From assembly GCA_965649765.1 (NCBI GenBank), contig OZ287749.1:6882001-6946000 (forward strand): a DNA stretch of 64,000 bases. Reading direction: 5' to 3'. The DNA comes from Bispira polyomma (lineage: Eukaryota). Of the stretch, positions 25,301 to 37,300 are shown in pieces. Within the stretch, counting starts at the first letter, position 1. Every line of letters begins with the position of its first letter. A model generated the notes under the pieces. That model did no database searches, was not told where the DNA came from, and was given only the letters and a program-made list of their open reading frames with translations. Made by a program: the position numbers and the translations under genes.

Positions 25301-28300
25301 CCCTGTGGAATCATTACTCCTACCTGATTCACCGTTTGGCACTTACAAACACTGCAAAAGTCGGAAAACTGTCCATCATGAAAGTCTTGCTTTAAAATCC
25401 TTTGATTTCATCATAGTACTGGAGAAATTGATTTTGTGTAAACAAATCTGTTTCCATTTTTAAAGAATAGGTCATTTATAACCCTGTCATATTTAATATC
25501 ACTTACAGTTTGTATAGCATTCATATTTAGTTTGTGAAATAGTAACAGCTCTATCGCCGTTGGTTTTAAAAAATATTACAAAATTAGTTAGTCTAGATGC
25601 CCCAGATAACAAGTTGAATACAACTGTGTTTAAGTTAATTTAACCATATTATGTTTAGTATGGCATATTCACAAGTTCTACAACTAGATGTCTGTGTATT
25701 TCCCCAGGGTTGCATTGTGACGGGAGGTCTATCCAGGGTATGGCAGATAGCTGAAGAGGGAGGCAGGATAGAGTTCTTTGAGTAAGTCTAAAAGTGTATT
25801 ATGTAGACCTGGATTGTACAATATCTGATTGTTTGGCTTCTGGCACCAAGTTTAATGATAACTTTTATGCATTCACAGACTTTTTTTGTTCTGTTTGCTG
25901 CTTGGGGTCTGAAGGACTCAGATGCCTTCCTCGGCACACAAAATTTACCTGTGCCGAGTAATCCCTAAATCATGTGGTGCACTTAAAATTTAAAGATGCC
26001 AATGAATGAATCTTGATGGGTTATTTATCAAATTTAAGAAACAAATTGTAAGTTAAGGAAAGACAAGTAATTGTGTGAAGTTTTTCTTCAAATGATATTT
26101 GGAAATGTTTTCAACGCTTGTGATATGCTATTTACTTTAAAAAATTTTATCAATTCACATTCCTTATTTTGGTTTCTGTAGGATGAGGCAAATACTTATT
26201 CACTTTTGATATGCTTTCTAAAGGAGGTTACAGAGGGACTGCATCTATTATGTAAAAGAAGAAGCAAAAGAGAATATGTTTGTCTCATCAAACACATATT
26301 TTATATAACTTTGTCGAAACATCAAGTCTCCTTCACTCGTCCCTATATCCAGATTACGGATCAGTTGTAATGTTTTCAGTTTTGATCCAGACCCAACAGT
26401 ACGCCACACATTTTGGACCCTAGTCGTAGGCAACATATTTGTCTGGCTACCTCCTTATACAGTGGACCAGCAGATGATCCAGAGATTTGCATCCACCAAG
26501 ACCCTGAAACAGGCTATCATGTAAGATTTTTATCTAATGTCACAAAAGGACTGAATTGGGTTAGCACGTAAGATTTTATTTTAATGTCACAAAGGGCCTG
26601 CAACGGGCTAACATGCAAGATTTCATTTTAATGTTATGAAGTGCATGAAACAGGCCATCATGTAAGATTCTGTTCCGTGTCACCAAGAGCCGGAAACAGG
26701 CTATTGTGTAAGATTTTTAGTTTTATGTCACTTAGAGCCCAAAACATGCTATCAAATAAGAACAGGCTAGTGTGTATGATTTAGTTTGAGTTTGATGTCA
26801 CTGGGTGCCTAAAAGATCTACTATGTAAGAACTACTATGTAAGATCTGAAAGGAGCTATTGTGTAAACCTGCTAGACTGTCACTTAGAGGTTGTTGGAAG
26901 TTTTTTTCATACGTTAGAAATTAATACCTATTTTATTGTGCTACTCCATATTGCTGCACACAAAATCAAAAACATATGAACTTCTTGGGGGTGTTTTAAG
27001 TTATCATAAAGGTGATAATAACAGCATATAGTATGTATACATATCTATAGAATAGAATCATTCATTTAAATGACAAAATATCAATAATATTTATGAGGTA
27101 CATCTATATTTAGATCTAAATCTTTGTTTTGCCTCTATTGAAAGAAAAAAAAACAACAACACAATAAATCCACTGCAAAGTAAGAATACAAACACAAATT
27201 TATGTGGATACTGTAATGCTACAAATATTTGCCCATTTGGTAATTTGCTTTCTTTAAACTTTGATTTCTTCCATTTATAAAGTTAATATATTCTATTTTT
27301 AATTTGTTTTGGCCAGAAGTCCACCATAGTGAGGACAAAGTACATAAAAGCTAATCAAAACTTGCAAAAACATGTAATATTTTCCAACAGGAAATATGTT
27401 GTGTTACTTTACGGTATCCTAACAATTTATACAACGTAAATCTATAATCAATACAATGCCATAATAATCGCTTTGTATAAACAAGTTTGATTCAGAAGTT
27501 CATTTTCACAATCTAATTGACAAACCTTAGTTTTATATTAATACAAGTTTTTGATTCCAGTCATTTACTACCATTACATTCTAAAATTGTCACAGTGTAC
27601 ACTCTGTACATGGCATTAATTTATCATTAAATGTAGAACCTTTATTCAGTCCCTATAGGTCAAGGTCAGCAAGTCAGTGAAAGAGTCTAGGTATGCGAAG
27701 CATCTAATTTATTATTATTATTATTCTGAATATTTATGTATATGTATATACAATTGGAACACGCAATCTTGATAAAAAACTAAAACACATGATAATAATA
27801 ATAATCCTACACTGTAAACTACATAAAAGCCTAAGGGATAGTGTCCCAGGGGAATTAAGGAGCACATAACTACAATACACAATTGGCGTCTCAAAGGGAT
27901 TACACCATAAATGACCCTTTCAGACCAAGACAATAAGCTTGAGTGATATTAAAATGAGTAATAAAATACAGGTTCCTTTTTTAAGCAATAAGTACATGTG
28001 CATAGCACTTAAATAAAACATTGTTACCAGTCGTATATCAAACTAACCATTACCAGGTCGACTGACTCCGATAACATTATTATATATACAAACTTTTTAT
28101 GCGCTGAATTTTTGATGTACATCAAAGTCTAAGGCGCAAACATAACATAACCAATACAAACATCGCAAATAGAAACACCATAAACCATGTGACCCATGTT
28201 ATGGTACGTCACCAATATAAACACAATCAACCATGTGACCCACGTCACATTACATAAGGTTCTACTGTATTATAACCGAACTGTTTTCTGTAAATGGGAC

Positions 28301-31300
28301 ATACAGAGCCCTTCTAACTTACATCTCAGGACTTTGTAGGTAAAATGACAGCAAAGATTTATATCGTTGAAACAGGCTATACTGTGAAATTTGTGCTTTC
28401 ATCGTGTTTGTACTCCTATTCATACTTAGTGCAGTATATTCCTGCTTTCTATGAATTCAAACACAAGTTTACATTTGGGGGACATTAATAAATTGGTCAT
28501 CCTCAAGACTCTGCCTTCATTTCACAGAAGGTGTTGTAGTGGTAACACACTCGCCGTACTATCTCTGCCATCATGGGTTTGAATCTTGGTCCTGGCACGT
28601 GTATAGGAAAGTTGGCAGTATACTTCACACCATTTCAGTGATGATCTGTAAACATTTTACTAGTGAATACAATGTGTATTTAGGTGTTGTAGATTCCATT
28701 TTACTTGATAAAAAGTTTTATCTGTAGTAATGTTTCATAGACCTAGATCATCTGTGGGCTGAAGCTCAAGGGACAATGTCACAAATTGAAGTAGCAAGTA
28801 ACTATAGAACATAAAGAACCTTTAATTATAAAAACCTTTTTCAATTTCTTGTGGTTTCCAATTGAAGCAAATGACTTTTTGGTTTAACTGTTTGGAACTT
28901 TTTAACCGATCACAGACTAAAAAGGGTGGAAAGGTGGAAAAAAACGGGAAATATCACAGCTCCAGGTGGGAGACTTTTCACTGGTTGTGAATTTGAATTT
29001 AGTTGGGATTTTTACGTTGCTTTTACGGTCATATGACCACAGCCAGATTTAACAAGTCAATTAAACCAGTGCTCCAGCACTGTAAACGACCGCCCTATGG
29101 TGGCAAGTGCCTGACATACTTTTCCACATGAAAGAACGAATGGGATTCATTGGCGAGCGGCCAGTAATTGTGAACCAGGCATTTCTGACCACTAGTCCGT
29201 CATGGTTGTGAAAGGGTTAAACTAAACTGAACCATGTGTAAAACGTTTTTTTTTTGTATCCCCTAGTGCTTTACTGCTGAATGTACCAGGCATGTTTATC
29301 ATTATTACAATGTGCTCACTGGCGGGTTTGGTGATGTATGCTTACTATGCAGACTGTGATCCCCTCCTACAAGGCACCGTTGACGACCCAAACCAGGTAT
29401 AGTGTGAAAGGAAATTTAGCAAATCTCTAATACAAATCAGAGTCAGTGTGAAGTAGCCCTACATAACAATTTATATAACGAGGAACCTAGCTTGTGGAAT
29501 AGCCTGCCACATCACATTAGAACCAACACTGCAGTTATTTAAGAATAAACTAAAGTTCCATTATTTGTTCAATATCCATGTCACTTACTTAATGTCAAAG
29601 GTTGCTCCATTTTTTGTTTAATATCCATGTCACTTAGTTAATGTCAAAGGTTGCTCCATTATTTGTTTAATATCCATGTCACTTAGTTAATGTCAAAGGT
29701 TGCTCCATTATTTGTTTAATATCCATGTCACTTAGTTAATGTCAAAGGTTGCTCCATTATTTGTTTAATATCCATGTCACGTAGTTAATGTCAAAGGTTG
29801 TTCCATTATTTGTTTAATATCCATGTCACTTAGTTGCTCTAGGTTGCTCTCAACAGCCGTCCTACCTTGCTACTCATCTTTCCTTCAGTAACCTTAAGAA
29901 ACTTTCTCTTTTTTCTCTGTTCAACATACCAAACGACTAGATCTATAGAGATTTCGCAATCAATGCCCTGTGTTGTAAAATAGACTCCCAGTTGAGTTTA
30001 GATCCCCAGAAACACTTTCTGGGTTTGGAGAAAACTGTCTCTTCAAACTCGCTTAACCCTATTCATTCCCTGCCTGTACACCCTAACATCCTTCTGTATG
30101 ACCTATGTTTTTATTTACTTTTCGATTGTTTAATTGATTCTGTTTTTGCTCTTTAGAACTACCATGCTGTATAATCACATTTACAGCTCCTGCCCAGATT
30201 TGTGATGGACATCTTGTCTTCGGCTCCTGGAGTTCCAGGGTTGTTTGTGGCCAGCTTATTCAGTGGTGCACTCAGGTAAAATAAACATTTCTTCAAACAA
30301 CTACCTAGTATGCTCAAATCTAACTGGTTGAAATATGCAGTATGTATCTTTATAAACCACTATCATCAATCGATTAACATAGGTAAACCCAAGGTGGATG
30401 GAAAACATTCCAGTGTTTTTAAATGGCAAAACCTCAAAAGCTAATCACCACACAATAGTTTGGAACTTGAAAATGTCATTTTTAATTAACAGGTTTATCT
30501 TCATGGTCAATTTAATTGGTTTAAACACCAAGTATATATCTGTATATAAACAACAAAACATTCAATTGGTAATTCATTTGATTTAAAAATTAGGAACCGT
30601 AAAGTTGTTGGAAAACAGTAAGTTTTAAATTTGAATAGCCTCAAGAGATAATCACAGAACAATAGGTTTGAACTTCAAGTATTTGTTTGTATAATTTCGA
30701 ATAAGAATGGAGAAGACTTGAGTTCAATCTGAACCTATGGCTCCCAGGTACAGACAGATATATAGTGGCTGGGATGACAACTTAAAAATGCCGGTCCTCT
30801 GTCATTGTGTCTTTTCCTCAGTGGAAGGCTACAAAAGCTTTGGAGACATTGGGATATGCTCATCCTGAAGCCATAAACACATATCTTGTGATGCATAACA
30901 TGGTGGTCCCCTTTCACTGGGTTCTTACCACCAGTGGCAGGCTAAATAAACTTGTGGGATGTTGATAAACGGTCATCCTCCTCAAGCCCTTTTTTTCTAG
31001 TTTGAGTAACAACAATCACCTTGGACTTTTAGCTGTGCAAAAGATAGATAATGCTATCACATAGTACTAACATGCATTTGTTGTTCTTAATTTTCCAGCA
31101 ACCACAGTCATGGCTCAGATGAAATATCTGAAAAATAATCTAGTCGTTAAAGGTGTACGCTTCGTAATTACTGGCCTCCAACCAATGTGAGAACATATGG
31201 AAAAAAATGTCCAGTACTTTGTCGTCAGTGATTTACATTGCTGAAGATCACTGGTTTCTTTCACCGTTAAATCTGGCCTTCGTGATATCACCTATGAATT

Positions 31301-34300
31301 TGCCATTCAGTATAATATGTAAAATTTTACATTATGTTAAACCTCAGTTGGAAAGCTTATATTATATGCAAATCCTCCAAGTTGAATGTTATGGCACATA
31401 ATTTTTTAGTAGAACCTTTTCTCTTTTGGCAGTTCTGTTTCCTCTATGCTGAACTCACTTGCGGCAGTCACATGGGAGGATTTCTGTAAGTTGTGTCGCT
31501 GTTCACGTAATATGTCCGACGCCAGAGGTACACAGATCAATAAAGCTATGGGTAGGTAAGTGATGCTGTTAGTGTCCTTTTCTCACACGCAAAGTACAAA
31601 TTATAATGTTATATAAAATAATGGATGATATATTCATGATATGATTGCACTACCTCCTCACTTGCCTGTTTTCGGAAAAAGCTCAAAACCTACCTACTTA
31701 GCAAGGCCTTTCCGCCTTAGCTTCCTTACCTTATTCTGGCATCTCCATTGTCATGATCCCTGTGTGTCCAATGGCTATATGAAATTGTCAAAATGATTTT
31801 CTGTCTCATGCACCTTAGAATCTACTAGCACAGAGATAAGCGCTATAAAAATTAGATTAGATTAGATAAAATCATTGCCTCACTTTTTGAGCTTCCAATT
31901 TCTAGTGGTGTAACATCATATCAGTCTTGTTTTACTGACAAAACAAAACCTCATGGATTTCTGCTTGGAATTATTGGACAAAGTATGTTTCAATGTACAA
32001 CTTGTATATGTAAAAAATTTAATTCGTTACCCCAAGAAAATAAAATAAAATATGTTAAAACAGTAAAAATGAAAATGATGTATTTAAAATAAATCAGTTA
32101 ATATTGCCCCCCCCCCTCCTCCCAGTTCATTTGTTTTGTATCAATTGCACTGGTGTGTACAAAGGCATGATGCAGATAGTTTACTGTTCCGAGACAATGG
32201 GGGGGGGGAGGGTAATAATGAGTAAAACAGTTTCCTACATTTGAATGAATTTCAAATATACTTTAATCAGTAGTCTCTATTTATTTTATTTAATTAATCA
32301 CCTGCATTGTTATTGCTATTTACTTGTTTGTTTGTTTACATGTACAGCTGTGGCATATGCAGTGTTAGGTATTTGTATGGCCTTTGTCTTCAGTACTATA
32401 GGAGGAACTGTGTTACAGGTAACCTTTGACTAGTTTGTAAAACATTCCTAGTAATTATGGGGGTCACGGTGTAACTTCATCTGAGAAAGTTTGGCAAGTA
32501 CAAGTTGCCGTAGGTGGGTGGTTTACATTACATCAGCACTGGTTTCCTCCACCACTGGTTTCTGTCCTTTGCGATATGACCAATGCTGTTCAAAGTAATG
32601 TAAAAGCAAATATAAATTCAAATTCCTAGTAATTATGATCACCAGTTGGATAATATTGTAACATATTGTTAAAAGTCACAGATTACTACAGATTGAAGAA
32701 ATTTTTTTCAAAAATGGGGGACAGATTAGTTGGAGTCACTAAAACACACACCACGTAAAAGTTCTGTCATTCAATAACGGTCTTGTGTATGAATTTTTTA
32801 AATAGAAAAGTCTGGTGGGGGTGTCGACTGCCTAACGACAGGTTCTGCGAGTAAGAAATGCTGTCGGCTTCTAACCGTCAGCCAAGGGTTGAAATGGTTA
32901 ATGCCAAGTTAAATCTGTGAAGTTTGTGATAGAGCTCTTGATGACTTTTGGGTAACTTTGCGATTGTGGCGGACAAAAACAGTTTTTCAGGTATTGCCCA
33001 GCTGGCTTGGCTTAACTTGTGTCTTTGTGTGACAATAGCTTTATTTTGAATTGAACAGTGCGTAGTAAATGTTACAACACAAAATGCTTGATGAAAGCAA
33101 TGTTGAACCCAAAAATTAAACTACTAAGGGCATACCACTACTTAACCTTCACTTATTGTTTTAGATGTCCATAGCTTTCAATGGTGCAGCAGGCGCCCCT
33201 CTGGTGGGTATCTTTATACTTGGGGCATTCCTGCCTTGGAGTAATGCAAAAGTGAGTATCATTAACTTTGTTCTCATTCTTAGTTTATCTACCGTTTCTT
33301 GTTCTTAAAACCAAATAAAAACCAGCAAGGTAGGACATAAACTAAACACATTCTCACTAATTGTCCAAATAGTAATTATATTTATTACATGGCTTTCTTA
33401 TGGCTCAATTGTCGACTTTTGGCTAATGATTATTGGTTTTGCAGGATTTTTGGTCTTTGTCTCCAAAGAAATATGACATTAATATTTATTTTTGAGGGGA
33501 TATCTGGGCATCCGTATTGATGTCTCTCCATACCACAACAAATTACATTGGTTACAGTTATTTCTTTTACTTAGCCGATTTACTTTCCTCTACCTTGAGT
33601 TTTGGTGGTGTAAACTGGTAACACACTCATCTCCCGCATTGGCTACCGTGGGTTTGAATCTTAGCCCCGGCATGTATACAGGGAAATTGGCAGTAGAGTT
33701 GCTGAAGGGTGGTGGTTTTGCAGAGCAGAAAACCTTTGACAAACAACACATTTCAGAAAGCGACAAGTGAAACTTCATTACGTACTTAGATTTCCTTTAT
33801 TTTCCTGGTTTATGACCTAATTAGATCAAGGTTGTATTCTCAAAAAACTACATACTCACTTTGTAGAAAATAAATTACTTAAAATTTAAGTGTACAATAT
33901 ACTGCCTTATTGGGCTGTTCCACTATTAAGACAATAATCCGGAGGGCCCCAATTATATGATCCTAGCCAATCCTTGACATTTCCCCACGATTTTTTTAAA
34001 AAAAGGCGGGAAAAAGTTTGCATGTAAAGTTTGAAAAGATAAGTCTGGAGGGCCCAAAAGATAAGTCTTTGGAAGGAAAATATAAGTCGTTGGAAAGAAA
34101 AAATGAGTCTTAACTGAAAAATATAGGTCTTATGGTGCTGTTTCACTATCACGAACGGTCGGGCAGAGGCCCCGATTATGCGCTCATGAGCAATCCATAG
34201 CGATTCCCCACGATATTTTGAAAAAGGGTGGGAAAAAATGTGTCACCACAACATGTAAGATAAGTTGTACGACCGCCCCGATAAGTCGTTATTACTATCG

Positions 34301-37300
34301 ATTGGCCCAATTTGTATTTACGTTCAGATTTTTGGGCTCCTGACCCCCCCGATTGGTAAATATGAGTCGTTGGAATCCCACGACCTCTCCAATAAGTTGT
34401 TAGCATTACGATTGATCGACCCTGTTAGTCATCAGGATCGCATTTTTGGCCTCCCGACATCCCCGATTGCTAAGGATAAGTCATTTGAACTGGTAACGAT
34501 CCAAAAGATAGGTTGTAAGGCCATTACGATTCAGTCAGGGACATTAAGATAAGTAGGCCGAAGGAACGGCTGATCTAGATCGAAATCTTGGTCATAACAA
34601 TCGGCGGGTATCATTTCCATCAAAGGCTATATAAACAAGGGTTCAAACTTGAATCCAGACAGTTTTAAATCAGAAGTCAAGTGATCAACATGATTCCATA
34701 AAGAATAATAAATCTAGCAAATGGACTACATGCAAGCACAACTGATGGTTATTATGGACATTGAAGGCAGAATATAAGACGATTAAGAAGGCAAAGGGAG
34801 GCACTGAATGTACAGCCTCAGCCTCAGGCTCAGGTGGCAAAAAGACGAAGGACAAGGCCAAGGTTCTGGATCAAGCCATGGCTCAGGGAAAGGGCAGAAC
34901 ATGGACACTACACAGCACTCATGCCACGCCTGGAGCAGCAAGATCTCCAGTCATACTGCAACTACCTTAGGATGCCCCCTGACGTATTCCAGGAGAAGGA
35001 GAGGAGGGTGGGGGAGACACACCACCGGGTACAGGAAGGCACTGGCCCCTGGACTCAAGATAGCCATCACTTTGAGGCATTTGGCTACCAGAGAGTCCTA
35101 CACATCGCTGCAGTACTCGTTCGTAGTTGGCAGGTCAACCATAACCAAGTTGGTGCCAGAAGTTTGTCAGGCCATCACCGACAAGTGCCAGGAAGAATTC
35201 CTCACATGCCACACCAGGCCCGACGGCTGGAAGAAGGTCGAGTCTGTGTTCCAGAACACATGGAAAATTCCCAATGCCCTGGGGGCCATAGACAACAAAC
35301 ACACTGCTATAAGATGCCCGAGGAAAGGTGGGAGCGAGTTCTTCAACTACAAGGGGTACCACTCAGTCGTCATGCTTGCCCTGGTAGATGGGAATTACCG
35401 TTTCCTGTGGGGCGACACAGATTCAAGCGGCTCATGCTCGGATGCCCAGATTTTTAACAGATTCGAACTAAAGGAGAAAATAGAGAACCAGTCAATCAAC
35501 TTCCCCCTGAAACCATTAGCCCCGTCAGAGCCCCTGTATCCTACTTCATCCTAGGAGATGACGCATTTGCCCTAAAGACAAGATTGATGAAACCTACTCC
35601 CGACGGGAAATGGACATGAACGAAAGTTTTTCTAATTATAGGATCTCCATAGGCCGAAGGGTGGTCAAAAATGCATTTGGGATTTTAGTCCAGAGATTTT
35701 AGGTGCTTCTGTCAATGATGCAGCAGGAACCACCAGTGGTGGCCATCATAGCTTAAGCATGTATGGTCCTGCACAATGTGATGAGGTCCGCAGCTATCAA
35801 CATGGCTAATCCAGGTAATCCAGAAGATGACCCACCTGTCCCACCGATAGCAGCACAAGTTAGTGGAAACAACCCACCCAACTGTAGAAATCCCAGCAGG
35901 GCAGCAAAAGAACGGAGGGAGCTAATCATGCAATATTTCACCAATGAGGTAACAGTGACCTGGCAAAACGACCAAATTTGAGTCTGCACCTGAGCCTGAG
36001 CCAAAAACAAACCTACAAGGCCGTTTTCGGGGCCACCTAAGACATCTAAAAACGATGTTTGAGCTGTTGTTAAAAAAAAACCCGTAAAAACCACTTCTTT
36101 ATTTTTTAAAAAAGCCTGGCTTGGAATTTCAGAAACTCAGGCCCAAACTAAAACTGAACTTATGAAAAACTTAGGTATGTAGAAGGTCTTTGTATGTGAA
36201 TAAACCTCTACTTGTGACCATTCATTTAATGGAGCTTTCAGCGCTGAATTCAAACATGCAGTCAGATTGTACTTAACTTCAGTCTAGCCAGAGATATTTG
36301 GCTCACATTTTAGTCTGAGTTGAGCTTGAAATCGAAATCACTGGCCACTAAAAGCAATAATCTTATAGAGCAATGCCTGAACAAAATGCGTCATAATAGT
36401 ATGAATTATATTTTTAATGTTTTGACTAGTGACGTCACCACAAACCCCATAGAAAACTTTCGAATAAAGATTTGTTGGTGTTCGCCCTAAATATCCGCCC
36501 ACTTTTGGATTATAACGTCTAACATATGACAACCTGTGCCCACTTGTATAAGGATATTTCGTCTTAAAGGCTATGTAATTATATAAGTGTGGACTTGTAT
36601 ATTGTAGATCCTAACACGTGCATTCATACCCTACAGCTAAGCCAGTTCTACATTATGATATTGTAAAGAAATGATAATGCCGCCTTATGTGGTAAAATAT
36701 TATTTTACTGAATTTGTCTTTTAATACAACAGTTTCGCTTAAACTAAATCACAATTATTTCAAATATATAAAGTATCATTTACACAGAGAGTGAACCTTA
36801 ATGATCCTAATTTATGTATACTAAAATTTAAAATATATTCAGGCTAATGTTTTAATTTGTTTTAATGCATAACACAATGACATTGTTATATGTAGGAAAG
36901 AAGTTTTTAAAAATTATACTGTATTGAATGAATTGTGTATTTGTAAAAGACAATAAGGATAGCAAACTAACGGGACCTATTACCTATCACTATTACTGGA
37001 TTTACAGGCTTCTGTAAATGAAAAACTGTATTGTATGTAAACTTCAATAGTTAAATTATTACTTCCTGTGTAATAGACATATCTATGTAAATAACTGATG
37101 TTTAACTTACTTGTAATGTAATCTTCTGTATTTTCTCTCTCTCCCTTTTCATAAGATAAGTAAATAAGTTATACTCACCCGGCAGTCAAAAGAAGATGTA
37201 CTGGTTGAATATCATATGGTTCGTCCTTAGCAACTTTCAAGGACGACCACAATTAGCTGGACATGTGTAATCAAAGTGGGATTAGACACTTGTGTATTCT

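Noticed and set aside
29558-29835. Regular repeats that could suggest a CRISPR array
   Set aside because: Head-to-tail units without unique spacers, in a eukaryotic intron; no cas genes.
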